The notes below the pieces were generated by a model, which saw only the letters and a program-made list of their open reading frames with translations, was not told where the DNA came from and did no database searches. Shown here one piece after another: positions 1 through 9,397 of a DNA stretch of 64,000 bases. Position numbers and translations under genes: made by a program. Every line of letters begins with the position of its first letter. The first letter of the stretch is position 1. Source of the stretch: Euryarchaeota archaeon UBA19 (GTDB taxonomy: Archaea > Thermoplasmatota > Poseidoniia > Poseidoniales > Thalassarchaeaceae). The stretch is taken from assembly GCA_002502175.1 (NCBI GenBank), contig DAPQ01000075.1, positions 9,170 to 73,169 of the forward strand, written 5' to 3'.

Positions 1-1673
1 ATATCCTCGGCCCCGTTAATCAATAATGCCTTGACTAAATCCGAACGCGGCTCAGTAATTCCAACGTCAGTTCTTAGGTATTGGCGGACCATTGTTGCAC
101 CACCTGCTGCGACAGCGGTAGCCATTGAGGAACCATTCAAGGCCATATAGAGAGGAGTTGTGCCATCGGAATGTGTCGTAGAACTACATGACTCGCCTTG
201 GGCACTACTCGCTTCCTCCGCCCTAGCAGAACATAACATAACTCCTGGTGCCACCATATCTGGTTTGATTCGACCATCTAGCGTTGACCCTTTTGAAGAA
301 AAATCAGGCACACTTCCTTCGGGGTCAGACCCCATTGAACCTGTTGTTGAAGCACCGATGGTGAGGACGTTTTTGGCGGAACCAGGGGGAGTCACCGTGT
401 TCGCGCCGTCTTCACCAAGGTCTCCGGAAGAAAAGAGAACCAAGAAACGTGGGTTATCGACAATGAAAGCATCTGCGGAACGAGAATCAGTACTATATTC
501 CCCGACTAAGTTCTCGTTACCCCATGAATTGGTTTGAATCCTTGCAGAATTCTGCCAAGCATGTGAGAACATGTCGTATAGTGAACCCCATCTCGCTAGG
601 ATTCCTGAAGAGTCAACTTCGAGCTGGTAGAAATGGAATGTGGCTGCTGGCACCATTCCTAACGCAGAAACGTCACCAGAACCATCGCCGAGGAGTGTGG
701 CGGCGACGTGAGTACCGTGTCCTGAATTACTGTCTAATGCAGAATTATCGGGTCCAAATTGATTGTATACCGCTCTAACTCTCCCGTCGAAATCACCATG
801 ATCTGCATCTAATCCTGTATCTGAAATTGCAATAACCTCGCCACTTCCGTTTAGAGTATTGGCCGAGTCAACTAGAGCCTGGTTGATTCCTGCAATGTCA
901 CTTGCAACGGAATTATGGATTGTTAATTTTGAAGCTTGATCGATATGTAAAATTCTGCCATCCATGGCGAGAACTGGAATCCAAATTGCATTAACTGACT
1001 TTGGTTGACATAGATGAGCGTCACAAATATCTCTTGGCCCTACCGATTCAGATACAGATTCAAGATCGGATTGTAGTTGCTTGAGTTGTAGGTCCGTTAA
1101 ATCAGGCGCTGGAGTGATGTCAAGATCTACAGTGATTGCATCCCTGCCAGCAATTGAAGCAACCTGAGAACTGACCCTCCATGAAATTGGCAACTCCCCT
1201 GCCCATCTAACCCCATCCATAGAACTCAATTCAACAAGAGTTTTTGCTGAATTGAATTGGATTGGAATTTTGATAATGAAAGTATCATCAGGAATTGTTT
1301 CAATTACCACCATGCCTTTGTCCTGTAAGTTTTGGTGAAGTGATGTCAAGTCGGCTGAATTTGATTGTACAAGAGCGAAACGCGTCCTATCAAGTGCGTG
1401 TAAATCAACGATGTTTTCCGGGCCGAGTGGTATAGGATGTTGAATGGGGTCAAAACTACCGTATGGAGAGTGAATAAATCCAGAACTTTGCTTTATTTGA
1501 TGAGTGCTAGAAGAGGCGCTTGAAAAGGGCTGAAATTTAGGTTCTGTCTCTTCCATTTCGTCATATTCAGAGCCAATTTGAAAGTTTAAATTAGAAGCAG
1601 ATGTGACTCCTATGGACCATCCACTCAATAGGAGCATGAACAGGGTAATTAGTACAAGCCGGCGGTCAGTCAC
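1..1673 (-). CDS. Secreted subtilisin-like serine protease (peptidase S8); 3' end lies beyond the window edge
   Basis: Absent from the ORF track because the frame stays open to nt 1. My minus-strand translation from GTG 1673 (alternative ATG 1637) gives a signal peptide TDRRLVLITLFMLLLSGWSIGVTSAS. The S8 triad motifs follow in one frame: AISDTGLDADHGDF (nt 830-789), HGTHVAATLLG (His codon nt 719-717) and NGSSMATAVAAGG (Ser codon nt 128-126). Confidence 0.85.
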   Translation of the reverse strand, partial: MTDRRLVLITLFMLLLSGWSIGVTSASNLNFQIGSEYDEMEETEPKFQPFSSASSSTHQIKQSSGFIHSPYGSFDPIQHPIPLGPENIVDLHALDRTRFALVQSNSADLTSLHQNLQDKGMVVIETIPDDTFIIKIPIQFNSAKTLVELSSMDGVRWAGELPISWRVSSQVASIAGRDAITVDLDITPAPDLTDLQLKQLQSDLESVSESVGPRDICDAHLCQPKSVNAIWIPVLAMDGRILHIDQASKLTIHNSVASDIAGINQALVDSANTLNGSGEVIAISDTGLDADHGDFDGRVRAVYNQFGPDNSALDSNSGHGTHVAATLLGDGSGDVSALGMVPAATFHFYQLEVDSSGILARWGSLYDMFSHAWQNSARIQTNSWGNENLVGEYSTDSRSADAFIVDNPRFLVLFSSGDLGEDGANTVTPPGSAKNVLTIGASTTGSMGSDPEGSVPDFSSKGSTLDGRIKPDMVAPGVMLCSARAEEASSAQGESCSSTTHSDGTTPLYMALNGSSMATAVAAGGATMVRQYLRTDVGITEPRSDLVKALLINGAED

Positions 1674-1716
1674 GAGTCAATCGGAGAATTGAGGGGCTTT
1701 TGACCGTTCATGTTTA

Positions 1717-1731
1717 TTGACCAATGGTCAA
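1717..1731 (-). terminator. Short hairpin TTGACC-AAT-GGTCAA downstream of gap (candidate terminator or RNA-stability element)
   Basis: Perfect 6-bp inverted repeat with a 3-nt loop, 28 nt after the gap stop codon on the minus strand. Confidence 0.3.
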
Positions 1732-1758
1732 GTCAAATAAAGACGGCCCCGAATCCGT

Positions 1759-2799
1759 TCAAAGATTGTAATATGAATCGATTGCAGCATCGGTTTTAGC
1801 AACCGAAATTTTCCAATCAGATTCAGTTCCCATGAGTGCGCGAATGCAATCGATATTCTCCGGGATAACATCACTTTCCTGATGGATGGCTTGGAAATAA
1901 TACAGGCGATTTCCTACCAATTTAACACCATCTTCCCAAACAAAGATTTCGTGTAAATCCCCCCATTTTCTGCCGATGTCGCGAGCCATTTCCATCACCT
2001 CGGCGGTTGTGGTGATCCTATTCTCTTCTCCATGCATGACGATTACTCGGGGTTGTTCTTTCCACAATTCTATAATTGACTCAGTAGTCAGGCCATGTCC
2101 TTCTGGTAAATCCGCTATAATTGAATGAACATGCATTATTGTGGTAGGGACTGCAACGGCTAGTGAGTTGATTTCAATTTCTGGCTTTACAGTCATTACA
2201 TCAGGACCATGGTGGCTTGGTACTTTTAGGACCGGCTTGATGGCGTTGATTGGACCCTTCTTTGAATCACCAGGATCAGCAGCGCGTCGGACCATTGTGC
2301 ATTCTACCTTTAAGGAGCCACAGTGCTCGTAAAGAGGCACCAAGGTTCGTGAAAGGCCTGTGGTATTGCAAGATACCACTCTTGTTCCTTCAGCATTCAA
2401 ATTTGCTCCATGATTTGCACATGAAGTGTATGAGAGGCCGGTAAGGTCGTGCTTTTCTCCGCCTTGAAAAATATGTTTGACTCCAGCGGCTTTGTATTTT
2501 GCAAGATTACCTGCACCCATCTTTCCAGGGGCGCAGTCGATTACTACATCCGCTACCGATAAAAGATCTGAAAGACCTCCTTTACACTCATAGCCCTGTT
2601 CGGCAAATGCTGCAATTCTTTCGGCATCATCGAATGTACAGTAAAGTGGAAAGCCCTTTTTCACGGCTAAATCGCAGCCGAAGGAAGGGCCTGTTTTGGT
2701 AACCCCAATTATTTCCATGTCGTCCTGTGCATCTACAGCATCCGCGACTCTTTTTCCGATAGTTCCAAATCCGTTAATTGCGACTTTGATTGACCCCAT
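1759..2799 (-). CDS. gap: Archaeal type II NAD(P)-dependent glyceraldehyde-3-phosphate dehydrogenase
   Basis: Rossmann N-terminus MGSIKVAINGFGTIGKRVADAV and catalytic-Cys motif RVVSCNTTGL, typical of archaeal GAPDH. The listed ORF starts at TTG 2868, but ATG 2799 matches the family N-terminus. Confidence 0.9.
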   Translation of the reverse strand: MGSIKVAINGFGTIGKRVADAVDAQDDMEIIGVTKTGPSFGCDLAVKKGFPLYCTFDDAERIAAFAEQGYECKGGLSDLLSVADVVIDCAPGKMGAGNLAKYKAAGVKHIFQGGEKHDLTGLSYTSCANHGANLNAEGTRVVSCNTTGLSRTLVPLYEHCGSLKVECTMVRRAADPGDSKKGPINAIKPVLKVPSHHGPDVMTVKPEIEINSLAVAVPTTIMHVHSIIADLPEGHGLTTESIIELWKEQPRVIVMHGEENRITTTAEVMEMARDIGRKWGDLHEIFVWEDGVKLVGNRLYYFQAIHQESDVIPENIDCIRALMGTESDWKISVAKTDAAIDSYYNL

Positions 2800-2951
2800 G
2801 GTGTAGCCCCATGCGCCCTTTGGGCGGATTGATGCCGTAATCGAACCTCTATCAATGATGCTCTCCAAAGACGCTGCGGAAAATAAACAGAAATATCGTA
2901 ATCTTCACTATCTACTTACCCGTCATAATGAAGACGGTATCCACTCCGTAG

Positions 2952-4508
2952 ATGGCTGGAGATAACATGCGCGACATCACCGCGAAGAGTGTCAAACTCA
3001 ACAGAGACCTCGATAAGATGTTGCAACAAGCACTCGAAAGAGACTTGCTAGTGCGCATCGGATGGGGCAAGCAAGGAGACGAGAAACCCAAGAATGGAGA
3101 GATTGGTGTTATCACCCATCTTCCTGAAAAATCACGAGTATTACTTTTGGGTGATTTGGGAGAATGTGCAGGTGCAATGAATGATGGCGGGACCTTCACT
3201 CTTCAGGGGGGTTGTGGTTCAATGTTGGGCGCCTTCCAAAAATCAGGTAGGATCACTATCGAAAAAGATGCAGGAGACCGGGTGGGCCAGAAAATGGCTG
3301 GTGGAGAGATTATCGTCCAAGGCTCGGCAGGTAATGAAACCGGAGCAGAGATGAATGATGGATTCGTCATTGTCAGAGGCCATGCTGGATCTGCAACTGG
3401 TGCCGCCATGAGTGGTGGTACTGTGGTCATCCTTGGAAATACCGGTAGCGACCCGGGGAGAGGAATGGTTGGCGGCCGTGTGATTATTTCTGGTTCCTGT
3501 CCACCACCGGGAGAAGGCGCTACAATGAGGTCGATTGATTCCAGTGAAGTGGATGAATTGGCGGAACATCTTGAACCACTTGGACTGTACATTGATTCAG
3601 ACGCTTTGGTAATTGTACCAAGCGAAGATGGACCTCCGCAACCCGAGTTACCCGAGATATCCGTTACCGAGGGCTTCGAAGGCATCACCCTAGTGCCATC
3701 TGCAAGGGATAGATTACCCACCCATACCCAAGTAGACACTAGCTCACCAATACACCCTGCTGGTCAAGATGAAAATGCTCTGACGACTCCTCTTCCTTGG
3801 ATAATTAGCACGGAAAACATGACTGGGAAGGTTGGCAGATATTCCACAAATCAACCAGGTTTGGTGACTTCAGAACCTAGGCCAAATGACCTAATTTTAG
3901 TCACCGAAGAAAATCTCTTAGACGTTGTAGGTATAATCAATCAATGTTCTGGTATGGTTCTAGATCTAACTAAGATGCCGGCCATTAACGATGCAGAAAT
4001 CGAAGCATTATTGGTTTCACTTTACAGTAGGATGGCAGACAATTCCCTAGTTTTCCTAAAGGACAGCATATCAAGGGTAGAGCACCTATTCCGCTTAGTT
4101 GTAGATCTAGACCTCGATGGCGCAATAGTTGATGTTGCTTCAGCCGGAGGCTCAAGAGCCGCAGCGGCATTACCCAGAATTGGACTAGTCGCTCAAGCAA
4201 TGAATTTACCAAATCAAGGAAGGAGAATATTACTCCAGATGCACGAGGCCCCTTCTGCGGAAGATCTACTCATCACTATTGGGGCAGGATGTTCTGCAGT
4301 TGTAGCGCCTGCTCCTAATGATGATGTTGAAGCGGCGCTAAATTGGATTGATGGAACATTAAGAGGTTGGATGTTAGAATTGGGACTAAATAATCTAAAC
4401 GAATTAACAAGACGTAATTTACGAGCCCTCGATCATGATACTGCAGCAATATCTGGTCTTCGATTAATAGGATATGACAGGCCGCTTCCGATGTGGTTGA
4501 GAAACTGA
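2952..4508 (+). CDS. Glutamate-synthase-related protein: GXGXG beta-helix domain (GltB domain 3 / FwdC-like) plus a degenerate FMN-barrel-like C-terminal segment
   Basis: Repeated G-x-G-x-G turns (GGTFTLQGGCGSMLGAF, AGGEIIVQGSAGNETGAEM, DGFVIVRGHAGSATGAAMSGGTVVILGNTGSDPGRGMVGGRVIISGS). The C-terminal DLDGAIVDVASAGGSRAAAALPRIG...ITIGAGCSAVVAP resembles the GltB FMN-domain core but lacks a clean GGTGA motif. Confidence 0.6.
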   Translation: MAGDNMRDITAKSVKLNRDLDKMLQQALERDLLVRIGWGKQGDEKPKNGEIGVITHLPEKSRVLLLGDLGECAGAMNDGGTFTLQGGCGSMLGAFQKSGRITIEKDAGDRVGQKMAGGEIIVQGSAGNETGAEMNDGFVIVRGHAGSATGAAMSGGTVVILGNTGSDPGRGMVGGRVIISGSCPPPGEGATMRSIDSSEVDELAEHLEPLGLYIDSDALVIVPSEDGPPQPELPEISVTEGFEGITLVPSARDRLPTHTQVDTSSPIHPAGQDENALTTPLPWIISTENMTGKVGRYSTNQPGLVTSEPRPNDLILVTEENLLDVVGIINQCSGMVLDLTKMPAINDAEIEALLVSLYSRMADNSLVFLKDSISRVEHLFRLVVDLDLDGAIVDVASAGGSRAAAALPRIGLVAQAMNLPNQGRRILLQMHEAPSAEDLLITIGAGCSAVVAPAPNDDVEAALNWIDGTLRGWMLELGLNNLNELTRRNLRALDHDTAAISGLRLIGYDRPLPMWLRN

Positions 4509-4512
4509 GGTG
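4507..4512 (+). promoter_or_regulatory. Shine-Dalgarno-like GAGGTG overlapping the upstream stop codon (TGAGGTG)
   Basis: GAGGTG complements the conserved archaeal 16S 3' end. It is followed by 5 nt (ttaat) and then CTG 4518, which heads the conserved PheT N-terminus PTITL. Confidence 0.5.
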
Positions 4513-4532
4513 TTAATCTGCCAACTATCACC

Positions 4533-6272
4533 TTGAGTCATTCTTTACTTCGCTCCATTCAAGAAAAAAATGGTGCGACTTATGATTCCGAAGATTGGAT
4601 GGAAAGGCTATCTCAAATCGGATGCGTGGTCGAAGGTAGCTGCGATGAATCAATTGAAATTGAGGTTTTTCCAGACCGACCGGACCTTCTGAGCCATGAA
4701 ACCATGGCAAGAGCAGCTAGGGCTTTTCTGGACGGAGATAGTCAAAAACCTACAATTGAAACTAAAGATAGTGGTATCGCTTTGGAGGTTGATTCCAGTC
4801 TTGAATCAGTTCGACCAATCATCATGGGTGCGATTGTAAGAGGAGTAAATAACGGAGATACTGATGAGGAAAAAGACCAATTCATTCAATCCTTAATGGA
4901 CCATCAAGAAAAATTACACCTCAGCCTCGGTCGAAAAAGGCGATTTTCATCTATAGGAGTCCATGATCTGTCGACTTTAAGCCCACCTTTCAGAGTGATT
5001 ACTGTACCAGGAACACACTCTTTTATCCCCTTGGCTATGGATAAAAAAATGTCAATCGATGAGATACTTAGCGAACACCCGAAGGGTGTAGAGTACGCTC
5101 ATTTAATGGAAAATATGGATGTATATCCTGTAATATTAGATTCGAATGATGACATACTATCGTTTCCACCGATAATTAATGGAGAACACACCACAGTTAG
5201 CGAATCTACAAGAGATTTCTTCATTGATGTAACAGGCTGGGACGAAAGAGCCGTAGAAGCTTGTTTATTGCTCGTTTGTCTTGCTTTATCGGAACGCGGC
5301 GGAACAATAGAACAAGTGAAGGTCACTGGTTACGATGGACTGGTTAGAATGACACCAAATATGCAGTCTAAGGAACATAGAGTGTCTGATCGATTGATTG
5401 AAAGAATACTCGGCCTGACTCTTGGCAGTGAAGAAATTGCCTCGTCAATACAAAGGATGGGAGGAAATTTAGTAGCCTCACGCGCGGTTACGGATGGAGT
5501 AAACAAAGCAGAGCGTTGGGCGGACCTCGAAGTAGGTGAAAGAGAGCATGTAATCGCCATGCCTAGATGGCGATCCGACATAATGCATCCCGTGGATATT
5601 GTTGAAGATATTGCAATCGGTTATGGATACGAGAATATGCCCAACATCTTATCATCCGTTCATCTGGATGCTATCCCTTTACCTTCTGCACATTTACACA
5701 GAAGAGTTCGAGAAAGTTTACGCTCTTTGAATCTTCAAGAAACTCAAAGTCTTACATTATCAAACGAAAGAGTTCAATTTGAAAATACACGATGGGCGAG
5801 TTTGGCAACTGCTACTGAATTAGCAAACCCAATTACCATTGACCACACAATGATGAGGCAGAGGATCCTTCCGAGTTTATTGCAGCTACTGGCAGCAAAT
5901 CGTCATCATGAATTACCACAACGAGTTTACGAAATTGGAACGGTTGTATTGGACTCTCATAATGCTACAAGGGCTGCATGGGCTTGTGCTGAAGTTGGAG
6001 GAGGTTTCTCCGCAGCGAAAGGATTCGCACAAGCCCTCCTCAGAGATATTGGAGCAAATCTTGAGGACATAGTTTGGGAATCAACCGAGTTGGACGAGGG
6101 ACCTTGGTTATCTGGAAGGGGCGCTAAGGTCTTTGTATCTGGAGAAGAAATCGGACAAATTGGAGAAATAGACCCTGCTGTTGCTTCTGAATTTGGTCTT
6201 CGGGTTCCAATTCAAGCTGGAGATTTCGACATCGATGCCATAGGCCGCCTTATCCCAGACCCGGTACTCTGA
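4533..6272 (+). CDS. pheT: Phenylalanyl-tRNA synthetase beta subunit (archaeal type)
   Basis: 579-aa ORF with the archaeal PheT layout and B5-region motif RWRSDIMHPVDIVEDIAIGYGYENM. The track start is TTG 4533. SD spacing and the family N-terminus (MPTI...) suggest real initiation at CTG 4518. Confidence 0.88.
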   Translation: MSHSLLRSIQEKNGATYDSEDWMERLSQIGCVVEGSCDESIEIEVFPDRPDLLSHETMARAARAFLDGDSQKPTIETKDSGIALEVDSSLESVRPIIMGAIVRGVNNGDTDEEKDQFIQSLMDHQEKLHLSLGRKRRFSSIGVHDLSTLSPPFRVITVPGTHSFIPLAMDKKMSIDEILSEHPKGVEYAHLMENMDVYPVILDSNDDILSFPPIINGEHTTVSESTRDFFIDVTGWDERAVEACLLLVCLALSERGGTIEQVKVTGYDGLVRMTPNMQSKEHRVSDRLIERILGLTLGSEEIASSIQRMGGNLVASRAVTDGVNKAERWADLEVGEREHVIAMPRWRSDIMHPVDIVEDIAIGYGYENMPNILSSVHLDAIPLPSAHLHRRVRESLRSLNLQETQSLTLSNERVQFENTRWASLATATELANPITIDHTMMRQRILPSLLQLLAANRHHELPQRVYEIGTVVLDSHNATRAAWACAEVGGGFSAAKGFAQALLRDIGANLEDIVWESTELDEGPWLSGRGAKVFVSGEEIGQIGEIDPAVASEFGLRVPIQAGDFDIDAIGRLIPDPVL

Positions 6273-6282
6273 GTCTTCAAAA

Positions 6283-6468
6283 TCAATCATCGCCTAGTAG
6301 CGCCATTGCATCGAGAAAAGATTTGTCTTTCAGGTGACTTTTATCCTCGATTAAATCCTTCTGTTTATCCTCAGACTTTCTCTCATACTCAACTACCTCA
6401 GCCTTCTCTTCTGTAGGCTTTGGTTTGGCGGGGGCGTTCTTCTTACCAAATGGCCACTTCGATGCCAT
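6283..6468 (-). CDS. Small Lys/Glu-rich hypothetical protein (61 aa)
   Basis: It is the only ORF in an otherwise 290-nt spacer of a very compact region, with an ATG start. It has no recognisable motif and no SD, so support is weak. Confidence 0.35.
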   Translation of the reverse strand: MASKWPFGKKNAPAKPKPTEEKAEVVEYERKSEDKQKDLIEDKSHLKDKSFLDAMALLGDD

Positions 6469-6562
6469 AGTCGTCGAACAGCACCCAAGACCATAGTTGC
6501 TTCGTATAAGCGATTCATCGCGAAAGGGTAGGAATCAAAGCCGAGAACGATGAGCGTCTCCC

Positions 6563-9382
6563 ATGCGAGGCAGGGCTTTGGCCATGGCAATGATTCTTGC
6601 ATTGCTATCCGTGTCAGCAGCGCCGAGCCAATTAAATGGGCCTCCGAAATCTTTTGATTCGGCTTCCAATGATTCAACGCTTGACCTATTATTGATCGGA
6701 AATTCATATACTTCCAACAATCAATTAAGTGTAAGAATTGACAATCTACTAACCTCTTCAGGATTTACTCCCGATGTACAGTCGTTAACTAGTGGAGGTA
6801 AGACCCTTGCTTGGCATGGAGAACAAGCTGAAACTGAAGGTTCTGAATGGTTCAGCGCCCTGAGGTCGCCTCACGATTATGTGATATTGCAAGACCAAAG
6901 CCAAGTTCCGGGTTTCCCAACAAGTTCGTCATATTGGCAAGATAGTATGCAAGGGGCTCAAATTATCGATGATTTGATTGATGACAATGGTGGAGATACC
7001 TTCTTTCTAATGACTTGGGGCTACAGAAATGGTGATGAGAGCAATAGTTGGAGATATCCTGACTACGTAACGATGCAACATCATCTAGAAACAGGTTACC
7101 TTGCTTATGCTGAAAACCTATCATCAGAACAAAGGCCTGTTTTCATCGCTCCTGTAGGAATGGCATTTGAGAATATATTTTTCTCCATATCTAATGCTAC
7201 TGATGATGGAACTATTTTCTCCGACCTATACGCTTCAGATGGTAGTCACCCCTCCATTCAAGGGAGTTATTTGGCCGCCTGCGTTATTCATGTATCCGTT
7301 ACTGGAGAACCCTCAGTTGGTCTACCGAGTACTGGCGGAATAAACCAATCTAGAACATTAGAATTGCAACAATGGGCAGACCACACTGTATTCAACACAT
7401 CAGGATTAACCTACCCTTGGCAATTGGAAGATTTAGGAGTTGAATTCGGAGTCTCTTCCGGTTCAATTTTCAATATTGACCCGGGGCTAACTATTGGCGT
7501 AGCAGCCAATTTCACTAATCTAGCAGAGGTCGACACTACTGCGCTAATTGAAATCTCTAGTCCATCTGGTTGGCAAGTATCATGGGATTATCCAACAAGT
7601 CCGGAAGTGGGATTTTCATTTGATGCTCCAAGTGATGTTGTTCAGTGGGTAGAATTTACGGTTACAGCACCTGAAGTAGCCTCCGGTTACCCTCTTGCAG
7701 AATCGATTCATGACTTTAGCGTAGCTTTGGTTGGAGACCATACCGGCAATCAAGATTGGTGGAATTTTTCACTTCGTTATGGTGAATGGAAAGGTATGCA
7801 AGTAATCGAAGGAGGTGGGACTGCTTCTATCGACCCAGGAGGTGTTGTGGACCTAGAATTTGAGTTACAGAATATTGGTAACTCGATTAATTCGCTTGGA
7901 ATAAATATCGCACCAGTTGACGAGAATGGCACTCCAATACAGACACCTAGCCTATCATTTGCATATGATGGATGGACTGCAATAATCTACGACCGTGCTG
8001 GTTTGGAAGATATGAATCCAGGCGAAATCACTACCGTTCGTATGCAGGTGCAATCTCCGATTTTAACCTCTGGGAAATTGGATATGATGATTCAATTTTG
8101 GGCAGATGGTGTAGAAGATATTCAAAGATTAAACCAGACAATTAGCATAGTTCCTCGATCCGGTGGCGACCTAGGATTGACAAATGTAAATTGCAATTTC
8201 GATGTAAAACCAGGAGAAACTTGTTTCGTAGAATTATTTATTGAAAATACAGGAGATGCGGCTTATCTATTCAATCTCAGTGTGTCTGAAAAGCCAGACT
8301 GGTTAGTTGTTAACATTACAGAATATACTCGATTTTTGGGTCCAGGTCAAACCGTCCATGGAATCGATGTTTCTGCTTGGACTGCAATTGGATTAGAGGC
8401 GGGAATTAGCGGAAAAGTGACACTAGAATTAGAGGTCGATGGCTGGGTTCCTGCAGAGGTTAGTTTTGATGTGTCAATCGCAGCTGTTCACGCTTGGGAA
8501 ATTATTCGCTCCGATGCTGAGGTGATTGATGGAAGATTGACCGGATATTGGGAAGTGAAGAATATAGGAAATAGCCCAGACGGATTGGTTGTAAGTGTCG
8601 AATGCACTGATTTTACAGATTTTGGAGTAATCCCTACAAATGAATTAGATTCTTCGACGGACCAAGGCAGATCATTCGAAGTTCTGGATGTTCCAATAAA
8701 TGGAGTCCTAATTTTTGAGGTATGGATGGATGTCCCTAATGAGGCCCCAATAGCCTCAAATGCGATTCTAACAGTCGAAATCAGATCATTTAGAGACCCA
8801 GCAGTTCAACATACTGTAGAACATTCAACTGAAATTGATGGCATGCAACCATCCCAACCGGTTGACCCGGATGAGCCTAGTGTTTTCAGTAATTTTTTGC
8901 AGCGATGGTTGCAAACTATTCTAATCGTAATTGTCAGTATTGTCGGAACAACCGCGGTAGCCTTTGCCATTAGACACAGAATTGAAGCAGACAGGGAACA
9001 TTACAGAAGAAATAACCCTACGGTTGTTGTTGAAGAAGTTGGAGACTGGATGTCAAAATTTGATTCCAGTGAGAAAGAACAACCCAAACTGATAGAGAGC
9101 CCAACAACCGACATAGAGTCCTTCAAGCAGGAATTCATGGAAAAATCAGGAGACCATTCTAGAGAAATTTCACCGGCTCCTGAGGCAGAGGTAATCGACG
9201 ATGCCGGAGATTTGCTTGATGAATCTCAAGCCGAGGATGCCATACTCGATGCAATCGAAATGGCAGAACAATTGCAAGATAGTGATTTAATTCATCCAGA
9301 TAACATAGTGCTGGACTTAGATGATTTTGATGAAAGATTGAATTCGCTTGGCAAAGATTTGCGTGATGATGAAGACCCGTGA
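6563..9382 (+). CDS. Membrane-anchored secreted SGNH/GDSL-like hydrolase with CARDB/Ig-like beta-sandwich domains and an acidic cytoplasmic tail
   Basis: Signal peptide MRGRALAMAMILALLSVSAAP. SGNH block I-like LLLIGNSYTSNN and block V-like SDGSHPSIQGSYLAA. Repeated modules resemble GETCFVELFIENTGDAAY and WEVKNIGNSPDGLVV. TM helix ILIVIVSIVGTTAVAFAI is followed by about 130 acidic residues. Confidence 0.65.
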   Translation: MRGRALAMAMILALLSVSAAPSQLNGPPKSFDSASNDSTLDLLLIGNSYTSNNQLSVRIDNLLTSSGFTPDVQSLTSGGKTLAWHGEQAETEGSEWFSALRSPHDYVILQDQSQVPGFPTSSSYWQDSMQGAQIIDDLIDDNGGDTFFLMTWGYRNGDESNSWRYPDYVTMQHHLETGYLAYAENLSSEQRPVFIAPVGMAFENIFFSISNATDDGTIFSDLYASDGSHPSIQGSYLAACVIHVSVTGEPSVGLPSTGGINQSRTLELQQWADHTVFNTSGLTYPWQLEDLGVEFGVSSGSIFNIDPGLTIGVAANFTNLAEVDTTALIEISSPSGWQVSWDYPTSPEVGFSFDAPSDVVQWVEFTVTAPEVASGYPLAESIHDFSVALVGDHTGNQDWWNFSLRYGEWKGMQVIEGGGTASIDPGGVVDLEFELQNIGNSINSLGINIAPVDENGTPIQTPSLSFAYDGWTAIIYDRAGLEDMNPGEITTVRMQVQSPILTSGKLDMMIQFWADGVEDIQRLNQTISIVPRSGGDLGLTNVNCNFDVKPGETCFVELFIENTGDAAYLFNLSVSEKPDWLVVNITEYTRFLGPGQTVHGIDVSAWTAIGLEAGISGKVTLELEVDGWVPAEVSFDVSIAAVHAWEIIRSDAEVIDGRLTGYWEVKNIGNSPDGLVVSVECTDFTDFGVIPTNELDSSTDQGRSFEVLDVPINGVLIFEVWMDVPNEAPIASNAILTVEIRSFRDPAVQHTVEHSTEIDGMQPSQPVDPDEPSVFSNFLQRWLQTILIVIVSIVGTTAVAFAIRHRIEADREHYRRNNPTVVVEEVGDWMSKFDSSEKEQPKLIESPTTDIESFKQEFMEKSGDHSREISPAPEAEVIDDAGDLLDESQAEDAILDAIEMAEQLQDSDLIHPDNIVLDLDDFDERLNSLGKDLRDDEDP

Positions 9383-9397
9383 CACCACCGGCATCCT

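Noticed and set aside
160-778. Two plus-strand ORFs (160-537 and 524-778) at the window start.
   Set aside because: The minus strand here encodes an S8 protease with all three catalytic motifs in frame. The plus ORFs are antisense shadows.
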